The notes under the pieces were generated by a model. It did no database searches. It had not been told where the DNA came from and saw only the letters and a program-made list of their open reading frames with translations. From a virus, in IMG/VR virus record IMGVR_UViG_3300022744_000001, positions 130,022-194,021 of that record: DNA of 64,000 bases; one strand, written 5' to 3'. Made by a program: the position numbers and the translations under genes. The number at the start of each line of letters is the position of its first letter. Position 1 is the stretch's first letter. Below are positions 17,295-26,749 of this stretch, one piece after another.

Positions 17295-17716
17295 TGGAAG
17301 AGAAGCCAATCATGTTCGGCATTCTCGAAAAACCGGATGAACCCGAACCGCCCCAGTACAAGAAGGGCAAACCGTGTTTGGCGCTCGTGGCGAGCGACGG
17401 GCAAGGCGTCATGCTGCTCGACCAGATCGGGGCGGGGCTCGATTTCTGGTTCGGGGAGTGCGGCACGGACCCCAACGACGAATTCCAAGACGCCCCCGTG
17501 GGCTTGTCCATCTGGGAGGGGCATCTGCATTCGAAACCTCCGGGGTGGTTCGAGGAAGGCATCTGCGAGCTTCGTGGGGACTACCGAGCTATCACAGCCG
17601 AGGAGTGGGAGAGCTACCGGGTCAACGGGTCCTTCTGGAACGCAGCAGACTGGTTCGAGCAGGGGCCCGCAGAACCGGCCGAGACTGACCCACCACTCGA
17701 GGAGCTTATCAAGTGA
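17291..17716 (+). CDS. hypothetical protein
   Basis: 141 aa, acidic. Confidence 0.6.
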   Translation: MMEEKPIMFGILEKPDEPEPPQYKKGKPCLALVASDGQGVMLLDQIGAGLDFWFGECGTDPNDEFQDAPVGLSIWEGHLHSKPPGWFEEGICELRGDYRAITAEEWESYRVNGSFWNAADWFEQGPAEPAETDPPLEELIK

Positions 17717-18057
17717 AATCGCCCGTGCGCCTTGATTACTTGGTTCTCCGGTGTCGAGACATTGAGCAGAGCAAACGCTTCTACGAGGCGTTGGGCTTGC
17801 GCTTCAAGCCCGAGCAGCACGAGACAGGCCCTGCTCACTACGCAAGCACGCTTGCGGAGGGTGTGGTTTTGGAGCTGTATCCGACCACAAAAGAGGTGGC
17901 CTCCCAACGTTTTGGGCTTTCCTTGAACGGGGTGGCTAACCGATACTGGCGCGCAAACCGTCGGGGCGGCGAACTCCTACGCCCATGGGACGGCTACACA
18001 TGCACGCTTCGTGACCCCAGTGGGCACGTGGTGGATTTGTGCGAGGAAAACGAATGA
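17713..18057 (+). CDS. VOC/glyoxalase-family protein
   Basis: LDYLVLRCRDIEQSKRFYEALGLRF is a typical glyoxalase/bleomycin-resistance N-terminal beta-alpha-beta motif. Confidence 0.7.
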   Translation: MKSPVRLDYLVLRCRDIEQSKRFYEALGLRFKPEQHETGPAHYASTLAEGVVLELYPTTKEVASQRFGLSLNGVANRYWRANRRGGELLRPWDGYTCTLRDPSGHVVDLCEENE

Positions 18058-18452
18058 CGACGACAACTGAGCCAGAGCTGGTGCGGTTCGAATGGTCGAA
18101 ACGGCAACGGGAGTTGCTCACTATGGGGTGCACCGTTGTGCACTCAGTGGCCACAACCCTCCTCGTCGAGCGTGTCGAAGGGGAGCAGGTCTTCACTCGG
18201 AACGGGGGTCGCTTGCACCTCGATTTGTGCAACCCGAAAACCATGAAACCTCCAACACTTGCGTTCATCCGCAAACTGGCCATCGAGCTGATCGGGGACT
18301 CCGAAGTCAAAGAGGACCCCGGCCCGCTCGGGACCAAAATCAGCATGGCTTTTTTCGAACGAGATGGGCTCACGCTGATTTCGGAGCACGTTTTTTACGG
18401 GGACCGTGACACGAGGACGCGGCGCGCGGTAGAATTCCTCCGGTGTTACTAG
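18054..18452 (+). CDS. hypothetical protein
   Basis: Start MTTTTEPELV overlaps the previous stop. Confidence 0.55.
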   Translation: MTTTTEPELVRFEWSKRQRELLTMGCTVVHSVATTLLVERVEGEQVFTRNGGRLHLDLCNPKTMKPPTLAFIRKLAIELIGDSEVKEDPGPLGTKISMAFFERDGLTLISEHVFYGDRDTRTRRAVEFLRCY

Positions 18453-18456
18453 GCGC

Positions 18457-18927
18457 ATGAAACGCATCGAAGAATTCGCAGAGGGTTTGAAGATTCTGGC
18501 CAAGTACGATTCCGACGGGTTCAGCGTGTGTGCTGAGCATGACGTTGTGTATGCGGGGCCCGGGGACGCAGATGAGGTTGACCCCGAGGACGCGGATCGG
18601 CTTCAGGAGCTGGGGTGGCACATCGACTCCGACGTGCACCGGTGGAGAAAATACATGACGAAGATGAAGGCTTCGGGCAGTTACATCCACGACTTTCCGC
18701 CGGTGTTGGTTGTACGGACCGACCTCACCGCGGATGAGGTTCGGGAGATCGCTCGAGAAAAGCTCGGGATTGAGGACCTCGAACCGATGGTCAACAACGA
18801 CCTGATCCACAACAAGGTGTTCGTCGAGATTGAGCCCCCAGACGCCAACGGCATGGCCTTGGCGCTCTACAACCATGACGGGGTCTATTCGGTTCGGCGG
18901 TACAAGCCGAGGCCGAAACCCGTATAG
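18457..18927 (+). CDS. hypothetical protein
   Basis: CCGGTGTTACTAGGCGCATG motif at the start. Confidence 0.6.
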   Translation: MKRIEEFAEGLKILAKYDSDGFSVCAEHDVVYAGPGDADEVDPEDADRLQELGWHIDSDVHRWRKYMTKMKASGSYIHDFPPVLVVRTDLTADEVREIAREKLGIEDLEPMVNNDLIHNKVFVEIEPPDANGMALALYNHDGVYSVRRYKPRPKPV

Positions 18928-18956
18928 ACTCCCGGCCGCTCGCGCGTTACCAGGGC

Positions 18957-19352
18957 ATGGGCAAAGACAAGAAGAAGGCCCCACACCGGAAACAGTGCAA
19001 GGCGTGCCCGTGGCGCAAAGACGTGGTTCCGGAGCGGGACATCCCAAACGGCTACTGCAAGACGAGGCACGAGAACCTCAAGAACACCATCGCGCGTCCG
19101 GGCGAGATCGTGTTCGGTGCGCTCCGAGTGATGGCTTGCCACGATAGCCCGGTTGGTCGCGAGGAGCCGTGCGTGGGTTGGGTCATGCACCAGCTGGGGC
19201 CCGGCAACAACATCGGGCTCCGGATGCGCGCCTTGGACGGTCGCTACAACAACTACGAGACGGTGGGCGAGCAGCACACTACGCTGGAAGCCACCCTGGG
19301 GCTCGAGGACGACGAGGAAGAGATCGACTGGGGCGACGAAGAGGACGAGTAG
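18957..19352 (+). CDS. hypothetical Cys-rich protein
   Basis: CKACPWRK...C...C pattern and an acidic tail; CGCGCGTTACCAGGGCATG upstream. Confidence 0.6.
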   Translation: MGKDKKKAPHRKQCKACPWRKDVVPERDIPNGYCKTRHENLKNTIARPGEIVFGALRVMACHDSPVGREEPCVGWVMHQLGPGNNIGLRMRALDGRYNNYETVGEQHTTLEATLGLEDDEEEIDWGDEEDE

Positions 19353-19721
19353 TCAGAGGTCCTTCAAGGCGACCCAGGCCCCATCAACCTCGACCTCGAT
19401 ATCGTCGGGGCCGACCTTCTTTTTGCTCACGAACTGGTGTCCTAAGAAGCGGCCGTACTTGTTCTGGTCCGGCTTCGTGTCCGCAGGCCACGGGAATCGA
19501 AGCAGCACGTTTCCATAGTGCTGTTTGATGTAGTCGGGGTCGTCTGAGAAGAACAGGTGAGCCCCGTCATCGTACTCGCTGTACGCATCGTTGAATGACG
19601 CAGCGGCTCCAGGAATGAGCCCTCGGCTTTTGATGGTGGTCAGCCTATCGGACCGTGTCCCATGGTAGGCGAATCGGCTGGCCAGGAACTTCCGAGCTAC
19701 GCGCAGAGGTAAGTGCGTCAT
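19353..19721 (-). CDS. hypothetical protein, possible ADP-ribosyltransferase-fold (YHGT motif)
   Basis: FAYHGTRSDRLTTIKSRGLIPG resembles the HGT strand of the Tpt1/ART fold; this is weak. Confidence 0.5.
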   Translation of the reverse strand: MTHLPLRVARKFLASRFAYHGTRSDRLTTIKSRGLIPGAAASFNDAYSEYDDGAHLFFSDDPDYIKQHYGNVLLRFPWPADTKPDQNKYGRFLGHQFVSKKKVGPDDIEVEVDGAWVALKDL

Positions 19722-20082
19722 GGTGCATAAACCCCCGACACAAGTAGATCACATCCCGCTCGAGCAATGCCTCGACCGTCGGGTCTACAAGCTCCGAGCG
19801 CGTGGTTTGCGCCTTGGGGTCTTCAACGCGTTGAACTCCAGGTTCATCGGCATTCGATGCGAGTGGGGCATCGACGTCCTGGGGCAGGAACTCCACTGGG
19901 ACGTGGGCGAGCCACATGGCACGGCAAAGCCTATGGAGCTGCTCCCAGACGTGCTATCCAGCCACGTCCCCCTGGTCAAGCACCTCCCATCCAAAGAGGG
20001 CGAGAGGGTGCTCCAAGAGAACGAGGAGCTGTTCGCATTCCTCATGGACGTCGAGCAGCGCTACCTCGACTGGCGGGGCTGA
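19720..20082 (+). CDS. hypothetical protein
   Basis: High GC3 in the coding frame; its ATG overlaps the CAT of the divergent gene's start; competing antisense ORFs exist. Confidence 0.3.
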   Translation: MVHKPPTQVDHIPLEQCLDRRVYKLRARGLRLGVFNALNSRFIGIRCEWGIDVLGQELHWDVGEPHGTAKPMELLPDVLSSHVPLVKHLPSKEGERVLQENEELFAFLMDVEQRYLDWRG

Positions 20083-20083
20083 G

Positions 20084-20650
20084 CTACTTGCCCAGCTGGT
20101 CGAAGGCGGGCGGGCTCCACACCGGCGGGCGGTCGTGAAGCTCAGGCAGCGGGGCGGGCTCCAGGGCGGGCTCTGGGGCTGCCTGGTCTGGGAGAGCTTC
20201 GGCCATCTGCGGCTCCGAGATGGAAGCATCGACCACGGGGGCAGGCGGAGGCTTGGGCTTTGTCGGCTTTTTCATGCCGGAGCCGATTCGACCGTACCCA
20301 CTGCCGAACCCGCTACCGCTACCCGATCCAGCGCCATGGCCAATCGTGCCGAAGCTGCCCAGGCCGATGCCCGCAACGGGCTCGGGAGGGGCCGAGATTT
20401 TCTTCGGCTGCTGCGCTTCCATGTAGCCCTCAAGATAGGACCGGAGCGCCACGAGGTCGTCATGGTTGCGAGCAGTGGCCGCAGAAGCCTCCTGGACGGC
20501 TTTCGCAAGCGTCTCGTAGGACATCTTCGTGCTCGTCTGGTCCTGGGGTTTGAAGGCCGCTCCGATGGCCGCAACGAGGGCGGTCAACGCTGTTACCAGC
20601 GTCACCCATTCTTTGACGGGGCTCGAGCTTTTGGGGTCGGTTTCAGCCAC
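20084..20650 (-). CDS. membrane-anchored Gly/Pro-rich protein
   Basis: GTG start preceded by AGGAGG; one TM helix, then a GSGSGSGFGSGYG run, then a PKPPPAPV linker (TonB/anti-sigma-like architecture). Confidence 0.6.
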   Translation of the reverse strand: MAETDPKSSSPVKEWVTLVTALTALVAAIGAAFKPQDQTSTKMSYETLAKAVQEASAATARNHDDLVALRSYLEGYMEAQQPKKISAPPEPVAGIGLGSFGTIGHGAGSGSGSGFGSGYGRIGSGMKKPTKPKPPPAPVVDASISEPQMAEALPDQAAPEPALEPAPLPELHDRPPVWSPPAFDQLGK

Positions 20651-20697
20651 AACTACCTCCTGTGAAAGAAAGGCGCACAAGAGGTGTACTGGTCGGG

Positions 20698-20940
20698 ATG
20701 AATCTCGAGGAATGCCTAGCCGCGACGACACGGCTGAACAGCTACGTTGACGAGTTGATCAAGGCCATTGAGGGGCGCGACGAACTCGAGGTGCGTCACT
20801 TGGCGGGCCATGTCAAGTACGAGGCCAAAAGGATTCGAGCTTTGCTCGGGATCACGGAGGGTGGAAATGAAAATGAAAATGCAAGCGTACACGGCGCAAT
20901 CGACTCGGATGGGGTACATCCTGGGGCTTCCGACTCTTGA
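20698..20940 (+). CDS. small hypothetical protein
   Basis: GAGGTGTACTGGTCGGGATG motif at the start; C-terminus low-complexity and overlaps the next gene. Confidence 0.35.
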   Translation: MNLEECLAATTRLNSYVDELIKAIEGRDELEVRHLAGHVKYEAKRIRALLGITEGGNENENASVHGAIDSDGVHPGASDS

Positions 20941-21241
20941 AAGAACGCTGGTTAAAGCGAAAGAGCTGGGAGAGAAGCTCTACGGAGACAAAGACCCGTA
21001 TGTGTTTCAGCCCCAGACCCATGAAGTCCCCACGAATGTCCACGTCTACCAGAACGTGCCGCCAGCTTGGATGTTCGTCGGCTATTTCAGCGGTGAGCCC
21101 ACCCCGGCTGACAAGAATGCCATGGGCGCAACGTTGACCGTTGTGTGGTTCAGCGACGTGGCAACGCCGATTTTCGATGACGTCATTCCCGAGGTTCAAG
21201 CGATTTGGGACGAGCACGCGAAGAACTACAACGACCTCTAA
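20867..21241 (+). CDS. hypothetical protein
   Basis: GGAGGG SD-like sequence before the MKMKMQAY start. Confidence 0.55.
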   Translation: MKMKMQAYTAQSTRMGYILGLPTLERTLVKAKELGEKLYGDKDPYVFQPQTHEVPTNVHVYQNVPPAWMFVGYFSGEPTPADKNAMGATLTVVWFSDVATPIFDDVIPEVQAIWDEHAKNYNDL

Positions 21242-21471
21242 TCCTCTTCCCACTCACAAGGGATGAGGCTGGTCCACTCCACGATCGCCGCTTGAACGCG
21301 ACCCCAACGGGTCTTGCGCCAGTATGAAGGGAGCATCCGAGTCAAGCTGCGATTGGGGTGCGATGCGATCATGGCAAGGTCGAAAACCAGGCCGAGGACC
21401 AACGAAACCACGGCGATCACGAGCAGGTATTTCGCGAAAAACCCCAGCGCGATTGTGAGACGCGTCAGCAT
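21238..21471 (-). CDS. small membrane protein
   Basis: Two hydrophobic helices. Confidence 0.45.
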   Translation of the reverse strand: MLTRLTIALGFFAKYLLVIAVVSLVLGLVFDLAMIASHPNRSLTRMLPSYWRKTRWGRVQAAIVEWTSLIPCEWEED

Positions 21472-21500
21472 GAGCCTAACTTACACTCTCGCGCTCCAAG

Positions 21501-21758
21501 TCAAGGCTCAATTCTACTTCCTCCCCCATGGCAATCTATTGCCGGGGTTTTCGACGGCACATACGGGTTGTTGACCCAGCTCGCTTCGAAGTAGAGGAGT
21601 GGGCGCGGCCAACCCCAGACCATCCACAGACGGTGGACGGGTTTCCCACAGATCGTGCGGTCGATGTACTCCGCTAGGTTCTCCCCCTCGATGAACCTAC
21701 CTTCGAAGAAGATTCGGCGAACGGGCCTCGGGTCATACTGGCGGTCGTACTGCCTCAT
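21501..21758 (-). CDS. hypothetical protein
   Basis: 85 aa. Confidence 0.45.
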   Translation of the reverse strand: MRQYDRQYDPRPVRRIFFEGRFIEGENLAEYIDRTICGKPVHRLWMVWGWPRPLLYFEASWVNNPYVPSKTPAIDCHGGGSRIEP

Positions 21759-21783
21759 TAGGCTGGGTACACCGGCACCGCGG

Positions 21784-22158
21784 TCAAAGCTTCTGGGCTA
21801 GAATGAGGCAGTTCATCGGTCTCGAGTGACGCCCAACGGCCCAGTCCTTCAACTCCCCGGTGAACCCGAACAAGAGGGCAATTTCCTGCGCCATCATTGG
21901 GTTGGGTAGCGCGGTCGTCTTGCCGTGGTCCACGGAGATGCTCAGGTGGCGGTACGCCCCGGAAGGCGTTCTCGTGAAGGAAAAGACGCAGCGAAAGTCG
22001 TTGAGCCACGTGGTGTGGTTGGGGTTGTCTCCGGGCGTGGGGCCCTTGTGCACAGGGAAGCTTGGCACGTAGAGGTTCTCGGGCTTGGAGGCATACTCCA
22101 CGATGCGAGCAACCTTCTCTCGAGCTTCGTCATTGACGTTGAGGATTCGGATCGTCAC
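21784..22158 (-). CDS. hypothetical protein
   Basis: GTG start with GGAGA upstream; the Cys-rich N-terminal extension of the ORF was rejected. Confidence 0.5.
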   Translation of the reverse strand: MTIRILNVNDEAREKVARIVEYASKPENLYVPSFPVHKGPTPGDNPNHTTWLNDFRCVFSFTRTPSGAYRHLSISVDHGKTTALPNPMMAQEIALLFGFTGELKDWAVGRHSRPMNCLILAQKL

Positions 22159-22343
22159 GGTATCTCCGGTGTTTAATCGTAGCGATGGGAAACCCAAAGG
22201 GCCAGAGCGAAGCCAAGAAGCCCCGCAACAGCCGCAGGCCACCAGGGGGCGGGGACGTAGATAGCCATGGCGGTCCCAGCGCTGGCACCCCCAGCAAGGC
22301 CGGTAACGAGGCGCGTGAGGGTGTTCGGTTTGTCTGTGACTCG

Positions 22344-22553
22344 ATGCGGCATCTTGTCTGCGTCCCCTATACTCTCGCGAATTTACACCGGATGGCGGAA
22401 ATCCTGGGAATCGGGCGTCACTGGTTCCATCGGGCCAAGTACCCCCACTACGACATCCCGAAACGCCGCGTCCGCGAGATCATGGGCCGCGTCGAGGTCG
22501 TGACACCACGCGAGCTTTTGCGTATTGTCCAGGCGGGAGTCAAGGATGTCTGA
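22344..22553 (+). CDS. DUF4031-family protein
   Basis: ILGIGRHWFHRAKYPHYDIP matches the hWFH...PHYD signature of DUF4031. Confidence 0.55.
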   Translation: MRHLVCVPYTLANLHRMAEILGIGRHWFHRAKYPHYDIPKRRVREIMGRVEVVTPRELLRIVQAGVKDV

Positions 22554-23166
22554 GCACTTTTCACAGTTCAAATGCAAGCCCGTCTACGTGAAGTTCATGG
22601 ACTTGCGTGTCGGGGACGAGTACATCGACGAATACGATGGCGGGGTGAGCATCGAGCAGGTCAAGGAACGCACGGAAACACATCTTGTTGCGTTCGATAG
22701 TCAAGGCGAATCGTGGTTTTACGACTTCGCGACCCTGTCTGAGCGATTGATGACTCGCGGGGTTTTGGTCATTTACCGCGAGCACCAGGACGTGACGCTC
22801 TATCGTCCCGTGGGGGACCGAGAGCTACAGCTCATCAAGGAGCTGGGCAAGTTCCCGCCGCGGCTCCCTGACCAGCTCATCTTCTATCCCGTCACGAACG
22901 AGCGCTACGCCTGGGAGATCGCCGAGGGCTGGAACCGCAAGGACGGCATCCACGTGGTCAAATTCACGGTGCGGGGCGACGTGCTGGCCAAGTATCCTGT
23001 GCAGACCGTGGGTCGTTCCTACCACACGGAGCACTGGATTCCCGCTGAGGAACTCGAGGCGTTCAATGCGGCGATCCTCGGACCCATCGAGGAGATCTTC
23101 AAGCGACTCCCGGATCTCTATGAAGAGCAGGTCTCGCAGATGCTCGAGGCCGGTGTACCCGAGTGA
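22546..23166 (+). CDS. hypothetical protein
   Basis: Start overlaps the previous stop; 206 aa. Confidence 0.65.
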   Translation: MSEHFSQFKCKPVYVKFMDLRVGDEYIDEYDGGVSIEQVKERTETHLVAFDSQGESWFYDFATLSERLMTRGVLVIYREHQDVTLYRPVGDRELQLIKELGKFPPRLPDQLIFYPVTNERYAWEIAEGWNRKDGIHVVKFTVRGDVLAKYPVQTVGRSYHTEHWIPAEELEAFNAAILGPIEEIFKRLPDLYEEQVSQMLEAGVPE

Positions 23167-23511
23167 ATGGGGCACGGCCGAAAAGCGTACAAACGAGTCG
23201 CCTATATCAGCAACAAATGGGCGCTCATCTCGGATGAGGTTGACCCTGGCATCCTTCGGCGCGTGCCCACTCGAGTCGCGTTTTTCGACTGTGGGTATTG
23301 CGGCCAGCTTGCTGGGCATCGGTGCATGGCGAACGGCTCCAGAATCTCCGGAGCCCACGGCGACCGAGGGCACGGCAAGCATGTGAAGTTCGAAGACCGG
23401 GTTGCGATGGCGGGAGGACTCATCGCAACCAAGCGCTTTGACGAAGTACAGCTCTTGGACGTCCGCGGTGTGCTTCGCAAAGCCGATGACGAGGACGACG
23501 ACGAGGGCTAG
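23167..23511 (+). CDS. hypothetical protein
   Basis: GCCGGTGTACCCGAGTGAATG motif at the start. Confidence 0.55.
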   Translation: MGHGRKAYKRVAYISNKWALISDEVDPGILRRVPTRVAFFDCGYCGQLAGHRCMANGSRISGAHGDRGHGKHVKFEDRVAMAGGLIATKRFDEVQLLDVRGVLRKADDEDDDEG

Positions 23512-24194
23512 ACCAGGTCGGGGTCGTTGCGGAAGACGTAATCCACGCTCTTCTGGTAGAGGCTCTTGAACCGATTGAAGAGCCAGGCGCCCAGGCGGCG
23601 AACCGGGTCATTCAAGATGGTGCCCACGAGCGAGAAAGGCCAGAGCAGCATCCACGCAGTGATGCGGCTCTTGTTCTCGGCCGCAGTTGGGCGATACTTC
23701 AAGTGCGCCTTGTAGATCCCGATGTGCTCTTTGAAAGCCTCCTCGAACGTCTGTACCTTGGGGCTGGGTACAGGCTTCGATGGGATGGACGGGGGACGAA
23801 GGTTGTCCTTTTCCCGTTGTGCCTCCCGTTGTGCCTGCTCGTGGGCTCTGATGGCCTCCCACTCCTGCAAGTCCCTCTCTTGCTTCGCTCGCAACTCTTG
23901 GTAGGGCTTTTTGAACAGCTCCTTCGCTTCACGGAATTCGTCGCGGAAGCGGTACAAGAAGCTGAACCACTTGATGAACGACCACGGGACACCAGTCGCG
24001 ATGTAGACCCCCGCGTAGGTGGCCGACTCAATCACGTGCATTCGCACATACGTGATGATGTCGAACACGTTGAAGTAGTGCATGGCAACCACCGAAGCGA
24101 TCAACGTGAGGGTAGCCAAACCCCACTTCTCGATTTCAGTGAAAATCGTTCCTACAATGAAGATTGCCAACGCAATCATGCCAATCAAAAACAT
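23508..24194 (-). CDS. membrane protein with coiled-coil
   Basis: Three to four TM segments plus a long Glu/Arg/Gln-rich helix. Confidence 0.7.
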   Translation of the reverse strand: MFLIGMIALAIFIVGTIFTEIEKWGLATLTLIASVVAMHYFNVFDIITYVRMHVIESATYAGVYIATGVPWSFIKWFSFLYRFRDEFREAKELFKKPYQELRAKQERDLQEWEAIRAHEQAQREAQREKDNLRPPSIPSKPVPSPKVQTFEEAFKEHIGIYKAHLKYRPTAAENKSRITAWMLLWPFSLVGTILNDPVRRLGAWLFNRFKSLYQKSVDYVFRNDPDLV

Positions 24195-24236
24195 TCGGTT
24201 TCCCTTTCGTTCTTGATTGGCAGTACACCGCGACTA

Positions 24237-24701
24237 TCACTCCAGCGGGCAAAGACTGACCAGGAGGGGCTTGGCAGGGTCGTAGGGCCACTCACGGCCG
24301 CTCCCGTCCACCGCGTTCATGATGCCTGCGTTCGGCCAGCACTTGACCGCGTAGAGGCCCTGGGGCTCCGGGAACCCGTAGGTTCCGGACTCGTTGGGTT
24401 GCAGCTCGAGATTCAACCCCGCGATCGGCAAGACCCAGTAGAACTCTTTCTCGTAGTTCCCGTCCCAGAGGGACCAGGAGAGCTTACTCCCGTCTTCTGG
24501 GGCCAGCAGGGTGCCTTCCCTGAGCCGTTCCGCCTCCGAGCGCACCGGTGGGTCCTTCTCGCGGAGCATCGACGGGCGAAGCTCCCAGAAGTCTTCCTGC
24601 GAGGTCCGGGTGATGGCCTGAGACTGGCGGGGGTTGAGCGGAGGCAGCTGGCGAGCCCAGCGGGTTCGGGTTCGTTGAATGCGGCGAGTAGCACTACCCA
24701 T
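24237..24701 (-). CDS. hypothetical protein
   Basis: 154 aa. Confidence 0.55.
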   Translation of the reverse strand: MGSATRRIQRTRTRWARQLPPLNPRQSQAITRTSQEDFWELRPSMLREKDPPVRSEAERLREGTLLAPEDGSKLSWSLWDGNYEKEFYWVLPIAGLNLELQPNESGTYGFPEPQGLYAVKCWPNAGIMNAVDGSGREWPYDPAKPLLVSLCPLE

Positions 24702-25137
24702 AAATCACTCGCGCGCCCCGGGTGGGCACCTGCCACCGGTTCCGAACCTCGTGAATGTCCGTGGACAGGTGGTAGGCCCCCTCAAGAACGTAGATGGGAT
24801 GAGAGCCCCTCCCGAATTGAGACCGAACGCGCCTTGGGTTTCCCGCGACTTCGACCTTGACCGCGACTGCCCATTCCTTGAGCCCCGGCCACAAGGAATT
24901 CCAGAAGTCTTCGGGGGTGGCATAGACGTCGGCCCCCAGGCTGTCCGGGTTGTTGCACTCATCGGCGCAGATCGACTTGATCTCGGCAAAAAGCTCGTCT
25001 TGGCTCAAGTCGGCCAGCTTTTTGCTACAGGTTACGCCAATCCACCCGTAGCTGGTTTCCGGCTCGCGTGCCCACTGGCCCAACCCCACCGCGGCTAGCC
25101 CGCCCGCGACCAAACCCAAGAAACCTCTTCGTTGCAT
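24694..25137 (-). CDS. secreted protein (Tat-like RRGFLGLVAGG signal)
   Basis: Internal start MQRRGFLGLVAGGLAAVGLGQWA; the longer N-terminal extension runs antisense to 25249..25812. Confidence 0.55.
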   Translation of the reverse strand: MQRRGFLGLVAGGLAAVGLGQWAREPETSYGWIGVTCSKKLADLSQDELFAEIKSICADECNNPDSLGADVYATPEDFWNSLWPGLKEWAVAVKVEVAGNPRRVRSQFGRGSHPIYVLEGAYHLSTDIHEVRNRWQVPTRGARVIYG

Positions 25138-25248
25138 TTCCCGTACCTCCCATCTCTTTGACACCGACTGCATTTTCTGTGAGCGGGGAAACTCCCAGGT
25201 GCAATTTCTGCTGGCGTTTCTCATAGGCTTTGAGTAAAGCCGTCGCCC

Positions 25249-25812
25249 ATGCTCATCTTCCTGAACAACAAAGAGCATCGCTATCACCGCGTGGACGGCC
25301 CTCACGTCATCATTGACCACGTGCCTGCCGGAACCTTTGACTTTCACATCAAGTTTCGGCCACGGCATACCAGAGACTCTGACCAATACGAGGGGCCGGA
25401 GTACAAAGGGAAGATCTCGGGAACTCAAACCTTCTCGGCCTATATCGAGGTGCCGCGACGCTTCGACCCCATCAACGAGAATGGGACCCAGTGGAGTGTG
25501 GAACGCAGGGCCCACCATATTCAGTACAGCCAGGCGCTCTACGGCGGGTCTTTGATCGTGACCCCTTCGGTTGATGGGAGCGTGGATGTTGCATGGGGTT
25601 TTGGGTCGCTCAAACTGACCGAGCATGTCAACGAAGACACGCTGTTCACGGTGTTGAGCGAGGGGCGTCGGGTCATGTCCAACCAGATCCGCTACTGGGT
25701 CGATTCGATTCGGCCGTACATTGCCCAGGATGCCAAGCCCAAGTCGGGCATGGTCGAGTGCAAGAGCCACGGCTTTTACGACGCGTCTAAGGGTTGCACT
25801 TACTGCAAGTGA
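25249..25812 (+). CDS. hypothetical protein, paralogue family A
   Basis: QYEGPEY and the C-terminal GMVECKSHGFYDASKGCTYCK motif match 2417..3019. Confidence 0.7.
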   Translation: MLIFLNNKEHRYHRVDGPHVIIDHVPAGTFDFHIKFRPRHTRDSDQYEGPEYKGKISGTQTFSAYIEVPRRFDPINENGTQWSVERRAHHIQYSQALYGGSLIVTPSVDGSVDVAWGFGSLKLTEHVNEDTLFTVLSEGRRVMSNQIRYWVDSIRPYIAQDAKPKSGMVECKSHGFYDASKGCTYCK

Positions 25813-25829
25813 GCCTGTACCCTGAGACC

Positions 25830-26045
25830 ATGGACGACGTGCCTCAGAATTACTGGCAGCTGGGCCGCAAGCACGGCTGGAAGGTCGCAGTTGCTGTAGG
25901 GTTTATGCACGTCATTAGTGGCCCTGTGTACTACTGGCGCCGGTTCAAGTGGTGGGTCACTGGGGAGCTACATGAACCAGCTGACGACCCAAATGAGCAG
26001 GACGGGGAGCCCGAAGATCACCAGGAGAAAGACGAGAGCCATTAG
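25830..26045 (+). CDS. small membrane protein
   Basis: One TM helix, acidic tail. Confidence 0.4.
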   Translation: MDDVPQNYWQLGRKHGWKVAVAVGFMHVISGPVYYWRRFKWWVTGELHEPADDPNEQDGEPEDHQEKDESH

Positions 26046-26091
26046 CTGGTCTTTCGGCTCGGTCGGCATCTCCCCGTAGGGCCAATCCTCA

Positions 26092-26457
26092 TCATCCATG
26101 GGCGCCTCGGCGTGCCAGGTTCTTGGCTGTCCCGCTCTTCTCACGCCCCGGGCGGACCCAGGCGATATCGTGCGTCGAGGCCGCGGTCATCGCTTCGTCT
26201 CGCTCACGGTCGCTCTTGAAGCCGCCCACTGTGCGAAACTGGAGCCCGAAGTTGTTCCGAGGCGTTTCGAACATATGGTAGACGGTGACCCGATTGCACA
26301 CAGACAAGAACAACTGTGCATGGGAATCCGCGCCCCGGGCATCGCCCACGACGAACGAGGCTCCGGCCGCGAGCGCGTCTCGGATTCGGGGCTCGTAGTG
26401 TTTGGTGAACTCCTCGCGGGTAAGGTCGAGGTGACCGGAGATGAAGTAAATCATCAC
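26092..26457 (-). CDS. SLOG/YpsA-like Rossmann-fold protein
   Basis: IYFISGHLDL...ASFVVGDARGADSHAQ fits the SLOG-type glycine-rich nucleotide-binding pattern. Confidence 0.5.
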   Translation of the reverse strand: MMIYFISGHLDLTREEFTKHYEPRIRDALAAGASFVVGDARGADSHAQLFLSVCNRVTVYHMFETPRNNFGLQFRTVGGFKSDRERDEAMTAASTHDIAWVRPGREKSGTAKNLARRGAHG

Positions 26458-26732
26458 CGCTCCATGTAGTGAAAAGGGTTATAGCCACTGTTCAGGCTGA
26501 CCCCAAGGCGCGCGGCCATGTTGAGGAATTCCTGGTTGTCGGTCACGACGGTGAACTGATTCGGCGCGAGCTTGACCTGGACGTCCGAGTGTTTGCCGAG
26601 CACTTCTCCGAAGTAAACCACCTTCCCGTAGCTCTCCTCGAGTTGCTTCTGCCCCTCTTCGTCCAGGACGAAACGCCCGGTCAGACTCCCCATGCGACCG
26701 CAGTCAAGTTCGAATTCGTAGAGTTTTCTCAT
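26454..26732 (-). CDS. hypothetical protein
   Basis: 92 aa, overlaps the neighbouring gene. Confidence 0.5.
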   Translation of the reverse strand: MRKLYEFELDCGRMGSLTGRFVLDEEGQKQLEESYGKVVYFGEVLGKHSDVQVKLAPNQFTVVTDNQEFLNMAARLGVSLNSGYNPFHYMER

Positions 26733-26749
26733 CCCTACGGATACACCGC

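Noticed and set aside
20861-20880. Tandem repeat GAAAATGAAAATGAAAATG
   Set aside because: Simply encodes the MKMKM start of a CDS; too short for a functional repeat array.
23703-24860. 385-aa plus-strand ORF
   Set aside because: Antisense to two well-formed minus-strand genes (membrane coiled-coil and secreted protein); Leu/Arg/Pro-rich with no domain signal.
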